Shown piece after piece: positions 9,201 through 19,121 of a stretch of 64,000 nucleotides of DNA; the first letter of the stretch is position 1; each line of letters begins with the position of its first letter. A model generated the notes under the pieces. That model did no database searches, was not told where the DNA came from, and worked only from the letters and a program-made list of their open reading frames with translations. The stretch lies in assembly GCA_035626705.1 (NCBI GenBank), contig DASPNE010000005.1, positions 45,929-109,928 on the forward strand. The letters are read 5' to 3'. Source of the stretch: Usitatibacter sp. (lineage in GTDB: Bacteria > Pseudomonadota > Gammaproteobacteria > Burkholderiales > Usitatibacteraceae). The position numbers and the translations under genes are program-made.

Positions 9201-9710
9201 ACGGGCGCGCCCGTGTCGCGCGCGCGCTCGGCCGCATCGCGGGCCTGGCGCATGCGGATGTCGAGCCCGAAGGCGGCCTCGTTGCCGGCGAGCGGCTCCA
9301 GGAATTCGATCACCCAATACTCGTCGCGCCGTCCCTCGGGGTGGATATCGAAATCCGGATACCCGTTCGGATCGAGCGTGCGGTCGGCGCGGACCCGTGC
9401 GACGTACGTCCAGCGCCTGCACGCCCGGCTGCCGGCGGCCCACGTCCAGGCCCGCAACGTAGGTATGGAAATCGAGCCGCGAGAGCTGCTGCTCGTGGTT
9501 GGCCATGGCGTCGAGGCCGTACAGCAGGTCGATGTAGCGCTGGATGCGCCGCTCGACAGCCGAGGCGGCGATCTGCGCCTTCGCCTCGAACTCCCGCTGC
9601 AGCTGGCTTTCGACCGCCCTTCCCACCAGGTACCAGGCCGCCAGCGTGGCAGCCACGCCACAGACGAGGGCGACCAGGGCGACGCTCTGTGGCCGGAGGT
9701 GTTCCTTCAT
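6227..9710 (-). pseudogene. CHASE-sensor / PAS / GGDEF / EAL c-di-GMP signalling protein with an apparent frame disruption near 9409-9412
   Basis: Frame A (ATG 9710) gives [30 protein letters not shown]...[19 protein letters not shown], a TM helix and the start of CHASE. Frame B continues with [26 protein letters not shown] (CHASE), a second TM helix (LPLLVLLAGLTVSLLLYGIL), PAS repeats, RVGGDEFVIV and FEALLRW, down to the stop at 6227. The span is 3484 nt = 3n+1. The track ORF 6227-9661 holds the intact C-terminal 1060-odd residues. Confidence 0.75.
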
Positions 9711-9764
9711 TCGGAATCGAGGGTGGGCCGGGATAGAATAGCCGCTTTTGTCCGCAACGAACCC

Positions 9765-11024
9765 GTGTCACTGATCGTCCAGAAGTACGGCGGCACCTCC
9801 ATGGGCAGCCCCGAGCGCATCCGCGAGGTCGCCCGCCGCGTCGCACGCTTCGCCGCCGAGGGCCACCAGCTCGTGATCGTGCCTTCGGCCATGGCCGGCG
9901 AGACCAATCGCCTTCTTGGGCTCGCAAAGGAGCTCAATCCCGAAGCCACGCCGCGCGAGCTGGATGTCGTCGCCTCGACCGGCGAGCAGGTGTCGATCGG
10001 CCTGCTGGCGATCGCGCTGCAGGCGCTGGGCCTGGAAGCGCGCAGCTACACCGGCTGGCAAGTGCCGATCACGACCGACATGGCGTACACCAAGGCGCGC
10101 ATCCTCAAGATCGAGGACCAGCGCATCCGCGCGGACCTCGCCGCGGGCCGCGTCGTGATCGTGGCGGGTTTCCAGGGGATCGACGAGGCCAACAACATCA
10201 CGACGCTTGGGCGCGGCGGCTCCGATACCACCGGTGTCGCGTTGGCCGCGGCGTTGAACGCCGACGAGTGCCAGATCTATACCGACGTGGACGGGGTGTA
10301 CACCACCGACCCGCGCATCGTGCCGGAGGCGCGGCGACTGGACACGGTGACCTTCGAGGAGATGCTCGAGCTGGCTTCGCTCGGCTCGAAGGTGCTGCAG
10401 ATCCGCTCGGTGGAATTCGCCGGCAAGTACAAGGTGAAGCTGAGGGTGCTGTCGTCGTTCACGGACGTGAGCTCGACCGACATGGGCACCCTCATCACGT
10501 TCGAGGAAGACGAAACCATGGAACAGGCCATCATTTCGGGCATCGCGTTCAACCGCGACGAAGCCAAGATCACCGTGCTCGGCGTGCCCGACAAGCCGGG
10601 CATAGCCTTCGGCATCCTCGGGCCCGTGGCCGAGGCGAACATCGACGTGGACATGATCATCCAGAACGCGTCCACGCAGGGTCTCACCGACTTCTCCTTC
10701 ACGGTGCATCGCAACGAATACAAGCGCGCGATGCAGATCCTGGAAACGAAGGTGCAACCCGCCATCTCCGCGCGCGGCATCGTGGGGGACGACCGCATCG
10801 CAAAGGTCTCGCTTGTGGGCATCGGCATGCGCACGCACGCCGGCATCGCCTCGCGCATGTTCAAGGCGCTCGCCGACGAGGGCATCAACATCCAGATGAT
10901 CTCGACTTCCGAGATCAAGACCTCCGTGGTGGTGGACGAGAAGTACATGGAGCTCGCCGTGCGCGTCCTGCACCGCACCTTCGAGCTCGACAAGCCGCCC
11001 ACGCAGGAGAACATGAAGCCATGA
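9765..11024 (+). CDS. lysC: Aspartate kinase
   Basis: GTG 9765. [26 protein letters not shown]...[18 protein letters not shown]...[15 protein letters not shown], followed by two ACT-type regulatory repeats. 419 aa. Confidence 0.95.
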   Translation: MSLIVQKYGGTSMGSPERIREVARRVARFAAEGHQLVIVPSAMAGETNRLLGLAKELNPEATPRELDVVASTGEQVSIGLLAIALQALGLEARSYTGWQVPITTDMAYTKARILKIEDQRIRADLAAGRVVIVAGFQGIDEANNITTLGRGGSDTTGVALAAALNADECQIYTDVDGVYTTDPRIVPEARRLDTVTFEEMLELASLGSKVLQIRSVEFAGKYKVKLRVLSSFTDVSSTDMGTLITFEEDETMEQAIISGIAFNRDEAKITVLGVPDKPGIAFGILGPVAEANIDVDMIIQNASTQGLTDFSFTVHRNEYKRAMQILETKVQPAISARGIVGDDRIAKVSLVGIGMRTHAGIASRMFKALADEGINIQMISTSEIKTSVVVDEKYMELAVRVLHRTFELDKPPTQENMKP

Positions 11025-13083
11025 GGCGGCTCCTCCTCACCTTGATGATGGCGGCGACGATGGCCCAGGCCCAGGAAGACCCCTACCTCTGGCTCGAGGA
11101 CGTGACCGGCGAGAAATCCATCGCCTGGGTGAAGGCGGAGAACGCGCGCACGCAGCCGGTGCTGGAGGCCACGCCCGAATACAAGGAGCTTTACGACCGA
11201 TTCCTCGCGATCTACACGTCGCGCGAGCGCATTCCCTCGGTCGTGAAGCGCGGCGACTATCTCTACAACTATTGGCAGGACGCGACCTATCCAAGAGGCG
11301 TCATCCGCCGCACCAGCTCGCCGAGTATCGCAAGGCCGAGCCCGCCTGGGAAACGGTGCTCGACATCACCAGGCTCTCGGCCGAGGAGAAGCAGCCCTGG
11401 GTCTACAAGGGCGTGACCTGCCTCTATCCCGAATACCGCCGCTGCCTCGTCTCGCTCTCCCGCGGTGGCGCCGACGCGGTCGAAGTGCGCGAGTTCGACA
11501 ACGTCGCCAAGGCGTTCGTGAAGGACGGCTTCTTCCTGCCCGAGTCGAAGGGTGGCGTGGCGTGGCGCGACGCCGACACGATCTATGTCTCGCGCGACTT
11601 TGGTCCCGGCACGCTCACCAAGTCCGGCTATGCGCGGGTGGTGAAGGAATGGAAGCGCGGCACGGCGCTCGCCGAGGCCAAGACGCTCTTCGAGGCGAAG
11701 GAGGACGACATCGGGGCATGGCCCACGGTTGTGAACGAGCCCGGGCGCAAGTACGAGATCATCTCGCGCGTCATCAGCACCCGCTTCCAGGAGGAGCACA
11801 TCCGCCGCGGTGACCGCTGGGTGATGCTGGAGACGCCGCGCGATGCGGCGGTGGCCACCTTCAACGGCATGCTGGTGGCGCGGCTTCGCAGCGACTGGAA
11901 GCCGGCGGAGCGCACCTTCAAGGCGGGCTCGCTCGTCTCCACCGACCTGGACAAGTTCATCGCCGGCGGGCGCGACTTCGAGGTGGTGTTCGAGCCCTCG
12001 GAGCGCGTGTCCCTGCAGGCATTCACCGTGACCCGCAATTACCTGTTGCTGGACATCCTCGACAACGTGAAGGGGCGCGTGGAGGAGGCGCGGCTGGATG
12101 GCGGCAAGTGGAAGCTGCGGCCCGTGGCCGTGCCGCCGATGGCGTCAATCGGGCTATCCGCCTACGACCGGGAAGTGAACGACGACTATTGGATCACGAT
12201 CACGAGCTTCCTCGAACCTTCCAGCCTGTCGCTCGGGCACGCGGGCCGCGATGAGCGCGAGAAGTTGAAGTCGCTCCCGGCGTTTTTCGACGCCCAGGGG
12301 CTGAAGGTCGAGCAATACGAGGCGACCTCGAAGGACGGCACGCGCATTCCGTATTTCGCCGTCATGCGCGAGAACGCGAAGCTGGACGGCAAGAACCCCA
12401 CCATCGTCTATGGGTATGGCGGCTTCGAGATCTCGCAGTCGCCCTCCTACAGCGCCAACGTTGGCGCGGCCTGGCTCGAGAAGGGCGGCGTCTGGGTGCT
12501 TGCGAACCTTCGCGGCGGCGGGGAGTTCGGCCCGGCGTGGCACCTCACGGCGCGTCGCGAGGGTCGGCACAAGACGCATGACGATTTCATCGCAGTGGCC
12601 GAGGACGTGGTGAAACGCGGCATCAGCTCACCGCGGCACCTGGGTATCTATGGCGGAAGCCAGGGCGGCCTGCTGGTCGGCGCCACCCTCATCCAGCGGC
12701 CCGAGCTCTTCCGCGCGGCGGTCGCGACGGTCCCGCTCTTCGACATGAAGCGATACCACAAGCTGCTCGCGGGCGCCTCCTGGATGGGCGAATACGGCAA
12801 TCCCGACGACCCCAAGGACTGGGAGTTCATCTCGAAGTATTCGCCCTACCAGAACGTCGTGAAGGGCAGGAAGTATCCCAAGCTCTTCATCGCGACCACC
12901 ACGCGCGACGACCGCGTGCACCCGGGGCACGCGCGCAAGATGGTGGCGAAGATGAAGGAGCAGGGCCACGACGTGCTCTATTTCGAGAACATCGAGGGCG
13001 GCCACGGCTCCGGCACCACGCCGGCGCAGCAGGCGCAATTCAACGCGCTGGTCTACAGCTTCTTCCGCAAGGAGCTCTTCTAG
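11021..13083 (+). pseudogene. S9-family prolyl oligopeptidase with an apparent 1-nt deletion near 11316
   Basis: Frame A from ATG 11021 (ATGA overlap with the lysC stop) gives [45 protein letters not shown]...YNYWQDATYPRGVIRRTS. Frame B continues with LAEYRKAEPAWETVLD...GGSQGGLLVG (catalytic Ser)...DDRVHPGHARK (His). The span is 2063 nt = 3n+2. The track ORF 11272-13083 covers the C-terminal 590-odd residues. Confidence 0.75.
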
Positions 13084-13093
13084 CGTGTAACAA

Positions 13094-13777
13094 TCACGCC
13101 GCCTCGAGGCGGCGCCAGGCGCGCCGGGTGGCGAAGCCGACGGCGACCACCATCACGACGACGGCGGCGATCACGAGGCGGTTGATCTGGCGCCCGTCGG
13201 TCATCGCGGCCATCACCTGGTCGCCGATGAGGGTGGTGCCGATGGTGCCGGGAAGGTGGGCGAGGGCGACGCCGGGCAGCAGGTGGCGGTATTTCACCCG
13301 CAGGGCTCCGGCCACGATCATCTCGACCGAGAAGGGCGCCACCGGCAGCAGGCCCACGAGCGTGATCGCCCAGAGCCCCTCCTTCCGCAGCATCTTCTTG
13401 AGCTTCTCGATGCGCGGCCCGGCGATGCGACGTACGGTGGACTCCTTCACGTGGCCGCCCGCCCAGTGCAGCAGGAAGGCGCTCAGCACTACGCCGGTCA
13501 TGGCGAAAGCAAAGCCCTTCAGCGGTCCGAAGACCACCGCCGCGGCGAGCGTGATGAGCGCGCGCGGGAACATGACCAGGCACGCAGGCGTGTAGAGCAA
13601 CACGACCAGCACCGGCGCCCACCATTTGCCCGACACCGCCTCGATCATCCCGGTGATGTTCGCGAGGGTGAGCACGTCGCCCAGGGAGGTGTACTTCCAC
13701 GCGAGCGAAAGGGCGACGGCCAGCGCGATGACCACTGCGCCGGCGATGATCGCTATGCGTTTGCGCTTGGCGTCCAT
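13094..13777 (-). CDS. TVP38/TMEM64 (DedA-related, SNARE-associated) family membrane protein
   Basis: Start chosen at MDAKRKRIAIIAGAVVIALAV (ATG 13777). Multi-TM, with LLPVAPFSVEMIVAGALRVKY typical of the family. Confidence 0.8.
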   Translation of the reverse strand: MDAKRKRIAIIAGAVVIALAVALSLAWKYTSLGDVLTLANITGMIEAVSGKWWAPVLVVLLYTPACLVMFPRALITLAAAVVFGPLKGFAFAMTGVVLSAFLLHWAGGHVKESTVRRIAGPRIEKLKKMLRKEGLWAITLVGLLPVAPFSVEMIVAGALRVKYRHLLPGVALAHLPGTIGTTLIGDQVMAAMTDGRQINRLVIAAVVVMVVAVGFATRRAWRRLEAA

Positions 13778-13853
13778 GGTCCGAGGAATTTCGGACCCCC
13801 GTGCCGTCGATGCGTTCCTTGAAACCGCGCCCACAAAGCCTTGTCCGAGAGCC

Positions 13854-14339
13854 ATGCTCGCCGCCATCCGCGACTTCTTCGAGAAGAACCTCGCCCAGCC
13901 CTCTCCGGGCCCCAAGGAGCACACGCTGGAGCTGGCCGCGGCCACCCTGCTCGCCGAGGTGGCCCGCCTGGACGGGGAGATCACGCCCGCCGAGCGCGAG
14001 GCGGTGCTGGCCGCCATCCGCAGCCGCTTCCACCTTTCCGGGGAGCAGGCCTCCTCGCTCTTCTCCCTCGCCGAGGCCGAAGCGAAGGAGGCGACCGATT
14101 ACTTCCAGTTCACCTCGCTCATCCGCGAGCATTTCGGCCAGGAGGACCGCCAGCACCTCATCGAGCTCATGTGGCGCGCCGCCTACGCCGACGAGGTCCT
14201 GAGCGCCCATGAGCAGCACCTGGTGCGGAAGATCGCCGACCTGCTCTACGTCCCGCACTCGGCCTACATCGCGGCGAAGATGCGGGCCAAGGAACAGGTG
14301 GAAGGGCAAAGGGGCAAGGGGAAGGAAGGGCGGGTATAA
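13854..14339 (+). CDS. TerB-family (tellurite-resistance TerB-like) protein
   Basis: ATG 13854. ELAAATLLAEVARLDGEITPAEREAVLAAI...LIELMWRAAYADEVLSAHEQHLVRKIADLLYV is the paired-helix TerB pattern. Lys/Gly-rich tail. Confidence 0.75.
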   Translation: MLAAIRDFFEKNLAQPSPGPKEHTLELAAATLLAEVARLDGEITPAEREAVLAAIRSRFHLSGEQASSLFSLAEAEAKEATDYFQFTSLIREHFGQEDRQHLIELMWRAAYADEVLSAHEQHLVRKIADLLYVPHSAYIAAKMRAKEQVEGQRGKGKEGRV

Positions 14340-14351
14340 TTTCGCTTCGCC

Positions 14352-14445
14352 GGAGAGATGCCCGAGAGGCCGAAGGGGGCGCCCTGCTAAGGCGTTATAT
14401 GGGCTTAAACCCGTATCGAGGGTTCGAATCCCTCTCTCTCCGCCA
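14352..14445 (+). tRNA. tRNA-Ser (anticodon GCU), CCA encoded
   Basis: Manual fold: acceptor GGAGAGA/TCTCTCC, anticodon loop C-T-GCT-A-A, long variable arm, T-arm GAGGG-TTCGAAT-CCCTC. TATAAT at 14335-14340, 11 nt upstream. Confidence 0.92.
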
Positions 14446-14504
14446 CATCCGAAGCCAAGCCGCAAATGCGCTTGGCTTCTTCATTTGGGCCGTCCGCCGC
14501 GCGC

Positions 14505-16208
14505 CTACCAGCTGAGGATATGCACGATCCCCGGGTTGATCTGCTCGGCGGCGACAGTGCTCCCGCCGACGGTGATGAACTTGTTGGCCGTTGCGATCGC
14601 GCCGAAGCCGTGCGTCGGCACGGGCAGGTTGGGCATCGCTTGCCAACTGCTGGAACCCGCGGCGATCGCCTCCACGCTCGTGAGCACGCTGAAGGGCGGC
14701 GTGAGCAGCTCCCCACCCGCCACGAACAGGAGTTCGCGTGTCGCAGCCGCGGCGAAGCCCGCGCGCGCGACGGCGAGCTGCGGCCCGAGGCGCCACGTCT
14801 CGCTCGCCGGATCGTAGATGTTGACGCGCCCGGTCGCCGGCTGCCGTCCGCCGATCATCCACAGCTCGCCCTGGAAGGCCACGAGCTGGGAATGGTCCCG
14901 CATCCCGGGGCCGGCTGCGGCCGGAATGTTGCGCGTCTTGAGCGTGCGCGGGTCGAACTGCACCAGGTTGCCGAAGATATCGCCGAAATAGGCGAAGCCG
15001 CCGAGCGTCGCAGCACCTGCCTGCTTGACCCCGGGAAGCTGCGGGATGGCTTCCCAGCGATTCTCTGGGATCACGTACCGCCATCCATTGGCGCTGTGGT
15101 CGCCGCCGCCGTTGTGGTTGCCGCCCGTCACGTAGATGCTGTCGCCGATGGTGGTCGCCAGGCCATGGTCGCGCCCGGCAGGCGTCTGCGGCAGCACGGT
15201 CCACTGGTTGGTATCCGCGTCATAACGCTTGAAGGCGCGGGTGGTGGGAATGCCGCCTGCCATGTAGACGGAATTGCCCACGATCGCGTTGGCGCTTTCC
15301 GAAACCGGAGTTGGCTCGGTCGCGCCTTGTGACCAGGTGGGCGACTGCGGCACGGCGGGGGTGCCGTCGAGGCAAGCCGTCCCCGCCAATAGCGTGAGCA
15401 GTTGTGGCCGCAGGGTGCCACTGCCGAAGGCAGTATCGCTCGATTGCCAACTTGCCGTGCCGGGCCCCGCGCAATTCGTGAGCTGCAGCTCGAGCCGGCC
15501 CCACGGCTGCAAGGTAACCTGGCTCGCGTTGAAGCCGGTGCCGAAGCGCGTGCCCACGGGTCGCAGGTTCTGCTCGATGGTCATGCTGTCGCCCGAGGTG
15601 GGAGACATGCCGACGGTCCAGGCCTGCTCGCCGTTGGCGTCGTAGGTGAACCAGTAGACCTGCGAGCTGCCATCGGGCAGCTCCTCCACGTTCCAGCCCT
15701 CGCCGTTGTGCGCGGGATCGAACCAGGCGCCGCTGCGGTTGCCCAGGCCGGCGAGGGTGCGCGCGCCGCTTGCGTGCACGCGCCGCTTGCCGGTGCACTC
15801 CAGCTCGGCCAGCGCCGAAAGGCGCGTCACGTTTCGCGTCCCGGAGCCCCATGCCGCCGGCCCCGTGTACGTGACGTTGCCCGCGTTGCAGGTGGTGAAC
15901 TGGAACTCGATGCGCCCCCAGGGGATGAGCTGCAGCTGGGTGGGGTCGTAAGCGGCGCCGAACCGGGGTCCCCGCGTGGTGATCGCGTTCTCGAACACGA
16001 TGCGGTCGCCATCGATCTGGCCGCCGGACGCGTAGATCCACGCCTGCTGCCCGGCGGCGCCCTCGGGCGGATAGGTGAACCAGATGGCGTGCGCGGTGCC
16101 GTTGTCCAGCACCTGCAGCGTGAAGCCCTCGCCGTTTCGATCCGGCGAGTACCAGGAGCCCGACATGGCAGGCCCGATCCAGAGGGCGGCGAGGAGGACG
16201 GAGAGCAT
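14505..16208 (-). CDS. Secreted protein: two copies of an uncharacterised ~115-aa module + C-terminal Kelch-type beta-propeller
   Basis: 567 aa with a signal peptide (MLSVLLAALWIGPAMSG). The modules start SGSWYSPDRNGEGF.. and SGAWFDPAHNGEGW... The C-terminal half has repeated GG..(x)..Y/W..W blades (VYMAGG, IYVTGG, LWMIGG, LFVAGG, FITVGG). Confidence 0.8.
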   Translation of the reverse strand: MLSVLLAALWIGPAMSGSWYSPDRNGEGFTLQVLDNGTAHAIWFTYPPEGAAGQQAWIYASGGQIDGDRIVFENAITTRGPRFGAAYDPTQLQLIPWGRIEFQFTTCNAGNVTYTGPAAWGSGTRNVTRLSALAELECTGKRRVHASGARTLAGLGNRSGAWFDPAHNGEGWNVEELPDGSSQVYWFTYDANGEQAWTVGMSPTSGDSMTIEQNLRPVGTRFGTGFNASQVTLQPWGRLELQLTNCAGPGTASWQSSDTAFGSGTLRPQLLTLLAGTACLDGTPAVPQSPTWSQGATEPTPVSESANAIVGNSVYMAGGIPTTRAFKRYDADTNQWTVLPQTPAGRDHGLATTIGDSIYVTGGNHNGGGDHSANGWRYVIPENRWEAIPQLPGVKQAGAATLGGFAYFGDIFGNLVQFDPRTLKTRNIPAAAGPGMRDHSQLVAFQGELWMIGGRQPATGRVNIYDPASETWRLGPQLAVARAGFAAAATRELLFVAGGELLTPPFSVLTSVEAIAAGSSSWQAMPNLPVPTHGFGAIATANKFITVGGSTVAAEQINPGIVHILSW

Positions 16209-16332
16209 GCGAAAGGTTAGCCGAGCTGCGCGGCGCCTCGCACACGCGGTAACAATCGGTATCCATCGCGCCGGCGCCCTGGACGTCGGCGCCTATCGTG
16301 TAACCTGCGCCCTTCAGCGCGGGGAGGAAGCC

Positions 16333-16614
16333 ATGTCGGAGAAGGGCAACAGCAGCCAGTGGATCGATGCCGCCAACACGGCAAGCGAGGCGCTCGCCGC
16401 GGCCAAGAGCGCCGCCGCCGTGAACAAGGCGCACATGCACGTCACGATGCTCATGCTGGCCGCGCTCGCCAAGACCGCGCCAAGGGAACACGTGGACCAG
16501 CTGCTCGCCGAGTTCGAGCGGGTGCGTGACCTCACGGGTCCGGCGGGCGCCGCGGCCAACGAGGTCTTCGCCGTGGCGGTCTCGACGCTCGAGCGCTTCG
16601 CCCGCAAGGACTGA
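16333..16614 (+). CDS. Hypothetical protein (93 aa)
   Basis: GGGGAGGAAGCC-ATG at 16333. All-helical, Ala-rich; no family recognised. Confidence 0.5.
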   Translation: MSEKGNSSQWIDAANTASEALAAAKSAAAVNKAHMHVTMLMLAALAKTAPREHVDQLLAEFERVRDLTGPAGAAANEVFAVAVSTLERFARKD

Positions 16615-16626
16615 AGCGCCGCGCGC

Positions 16627-17034
16627 CTACTTTTCCGCGCGCACCACCAGCGTGCCGGCGGCCATGTCGCCAAGGCGCTGCTTGTCCTTCGAGACCCAGA
16701 TCGCGATGGCGCCCACGAGGTAGCCGGCGATCCCGTCGATGATGCGCAGGAGGTTGCGGATGATCGCCGCGCCCCAGCTCATCTGCTCGCCGTCCTTCTT
16801 CACGACCACGAGCCCCATGGCCTTCTTGCCCAGCGTCCCGCCGGAGGTCTTCTCCATCACCACGTAGTAACCGAAGAAGATCAGGAACAGCAGCAGCGCC
16901 GGGGCGCCCTGCAGGTTGAAACCCTGGTCGCTCGTGCTTCCGGTGGCCGCGGCCAGCGCGTAGGCCACGATCATCAAGAGGATGGTATCGATGATCACTG
17001 CGACCGCCCTGCGAAAGACGCCTACGGGTTCCAT
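16627..17034 (-). CDS. RDD-family membrane protein
   Basis: 135 aa. RRAVAVIIDTILLMIV...GGTLGKKAMGLVVVKKDG...NLLRIIDG...RLGDMAAGTLVV is the RDD-domain pattern. Confidence 0.85.
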   Translation of the reverse strand: MEPVGVFRRAVAVIIDTILLMIVAYALAAATGSTSDQGFNLQGAPALLLFLIFFGYYVVMEKTSGGTLGKKAMGLVVVKKDGEQMSWGAAIIRNLLRIIDGIAGYLVGAIAIWVSKDKQRLGDMAAGTLVVRAEK

Positions 17035-17147
17035 GGCTTCCTCCTACCTGGGATGGTGCGGCCATGGTACGCCGGCGTGGTCCGGATGGAGCATTGATCC
17101 GATAGTTGGCACGGCTCGGGGAAACCCGGTTGACCTGCGAAGCTCCC

Positions 17148-19097
17148 ATGGCAAAGCCCGGGAAAACCATGACGCGCCGACGCAAGGTCCTGCTCATCAT
17201 CGCCGTGATCGTCCTGCTGCCCGTGCTGGCAGTGGCAGGGCTGGCGGTGCTCGTGCAGACCGAGTGGGCCGAGCGGCGCATCGAGGCCATGGCGAGCGCG
17301 CGCCTCGATCGCCAGGTCGAGATCGAAGGCATCTCGCTGCGCTGGGGGTGGCCGCCGGGAGTCGTTTTCGCCCGGTTGCGCATCTCCAATCCGCCGTGGG
17401 CGCGCGATCCCGACCTCATCAACGCCCAGGGGCTCTACGCCCGCGTCGCGGTGCCGCCGCTGTTCCGCGGCCTGGTGGTGCTCCCCTACCTCGGCGCACG
17501 GCAGGCCAAGGCCGGCCTGCAAATGGACGGCGAGCGCGCGACCTGGCGCTTCGGCAGGGAATCGGACGAGCCCAGCAAGCTCATCCTCACGCGCATCTAC
17601 CTGGACGACGGCCACATCGCGTTCTTCGACGCCGGCGAGAAGACCGACCTAGCCATCGACGTGAAGGGATCGCTCGGCGAGGAGGGCATGTTGCGGGCCG
17701 ATGCGCGTGGCGCCTTCCGCGGTGAGGCGATGAAGGCCTCGGCGCGGATTCCGGGGCTCGCCACGCAACACGAATCGCCGCTGCGCTTCGAGGGCGAAGC
17801 GACGGCCGGAAAGACGAAGGCCAGGGCGGAAGGCGTGCTCGCCACCGATGGCACCTCGCTCGATTTCGACCTGCAACTGGCCGGTGCGACGCTCAAGGAC
17901 CTGAACAAGCTGACCGGCATCGTGCTGCCCGACTCGCCGCCGTACAACATAAGGGGGCACCTCAAGCACGAAGCGCAGAAGTGGCACTTCACGGGCTTCA
18001 AGGGCAAGGTGGGCGACAGCGACCTGGCCGGCGACGTGATCTATGCCAAGCGCGAACCCCGGCCATTCTTCCAGGCGAACCTGCGCTCGGAGCTGCTCGA
18101 CTTCGACGACCTCGCCCCGCTCATCGGGGCGCCACCCAAGACGGGCGCGGGCGAAACCGCGGCCGCGCACCAGAAGGCCAAGTCGGCGCAGCGCAAGGTC
18201 TCGGACCGCATCCTTCCCGACGACGAGTTCGGCACCCAGGCGTGGGGAAAAATGGACGCCGACGTGAAGCTCGTGGCCAAGCGCGTGCAGCGGCCGAAGC
18301 AGCTGCCACTGGAGGGATTGCAGGCCCACCTCGTCCTCAAGGATTCGGTGTTGCGCCTCAAGCCGCTCAACTTCACGATGGCCAAGGGTCGCGTCACTTC
18401 CGACATCACGCTGGATCCGCGCAAGCAGCCGATGGAGGGCCTCATCAAGGTCGAGGTGCAGGGCCTGCAGCTGCGCCAGCTCTTTCCCGAGTTGCAGTCG
18501 ATGCAGGAGGCGCTCGGCACGCTCTACGGGCGCGCCGACCTCGTGGGCCATGGCCAGTCGGTCGCGGCGCTGCTGGGCAGCAGCGACGGCAAGGCCACCT
18601 TCGCCGTGAACGGCGGGCGCATCAGCGCCCTGCTGGTGGAGCTGCTGGGGCTCGACGTGGCCGAGTCGGTGATGCTGCTCGGGCGCAACCATTCGCAAGT
18701 GGAGCTGCGTTGCGCGGTGACCGGCTTCGAGGTGAAGGACGGCGTGGCCAACACGCGGGATTTCGTGATCGACACGAGCGATACGATCGTCAAGGTCGAC
18801 GGCGCGATCGACCTCAAGCGCGAGCGCCTGGACCTCGAGACCAAGCCCTACCCCAAGGATCCCAGCCCGCTCGCGCTGCGGACGCCTCTTTACATCAAGG
18901 GTCCGATGAAGGATCCCGGCATCCGGCCCAAGGCCGGGCCACTGGTCGCGCGCGCGGCGTTGGGTGCGGCGCTGGGCGCGATCGCACCGCCGCTCGCGGC
19001 ATTGGCGCTCATCGAGACCGGCCCCGGCAAGGACAGCGATTGCGGACAGCTCCTTGCGGAGGCGCGGCAGCACGGAGCGGTGAAAAAGGAGGGGTAG
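17148..19097 (+). CDS. AsmA-family outer-membrane assembly/lipid-transfer protein
   Basis: About 650 aa. N-terminal anchor RRRKVLLIIAVIVLLPVLAVAGLAVL, then a long beta-rich body with the C-terminal AsmA_2-like region (VNGGRISALLVELLGLD...DGAIDLKRERLDLE). The start (17106, 17148 or 17169) is uncertain. Confidence 0.8.
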   Translation: MAKPGKTMTRRRKVLLIIAVIVLLPVLAVAGLAVLVQTEWAERRIEAMASARLDRQVEIEGISLRWGWPPGVVFARLRISNPPWARDPDLINAQGLYARVAVPPLFRGLVVLPYLGARQAKAGLQMDGERATWRFGRESDEPSKLILTRIYLDDGHIAFFDAGEKTDLAIDVKGSLGEEGMLRADARGAFRGEAMKASARIPGLATQHESPLRFEGEATAGKTKARAEGVLATDGTSLDFDLQLAGATLKDLNKLTGIVLPDSPPYNIRGHLKHEAQKWHFTGFKGKVGDSDLAGDVIYAKREPRPFFQANLRSELLDFDDLAPLIGAPPKTGAGETAAAHQKAKSAQRKVSDRILPDDEFGTQAWGKMDADVKLVAKRVQRPKQLPLEGLQAHLVLKDSVLRLKPLNFTMAKGRVTSDITLDPRKQPMEGLIKVEVQGLQLRQLFPELQSMQEALGTLYGRADLVGHGQSVAALLGSSDGKATFAVNGGRISALLVELLGLDVAESVMLLGRNHSQVELRCAVTGFEVKDGVANTRDFVIDTSDTIVKVDGAIDLKRERLDLETKPYPKDPSPLALRTPLYIKGPMKDPGIRPKAGPLVARAALGAALGAIAPPLAALALIETGPGKDSDCGQLLAEARQHGAVKKEG

Positions 19098-19121
19098 ATC
19101 CCTTTCCCCTAGAATTACCGG

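Noticed and set aside
5058-9710. 1550-aa minus-strand ORF, the longest in the track
   Set aside because: Only its first ~100 codons (TM + CHASE start) look like protein. Past about 9410 it is Arg/Gly/Pro-rich read-through in the wrong frame of the GGDEF-EAL gene, and it runs antisense across the 5232-6203 gene. It is a GC-driven open frame, not a gene.
9768-10973. 401-aa minus-strand ORF inside lysC
   Set aside because: lysC on the plus strand is unambiguous. The antisense frame is His/Arg/Asp/Gly-rich, as expected from reading GC-rich codons backwards.
9395-11325. Programmed ribosomal frameshifting as the explanation for the two split genes
   Set aside because: Neither junction has a slippery heptamer (X XXY YYZ) or a homopolymer run, and no downstream pseudoknot or hairpin is evident. 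Neither gene family is known to use recoding. An indel, biological or technical, is the simpler explanation.
13080-14465. 461-aa minus-strand ORF
   Set aside because: It runs antisense through the TerB gene and across tRNA-Ser(GCU), with an Arg/Gly/Pro-rich composition. The alternative frame (13094-13777, TVP38 family) has a clear family signature.
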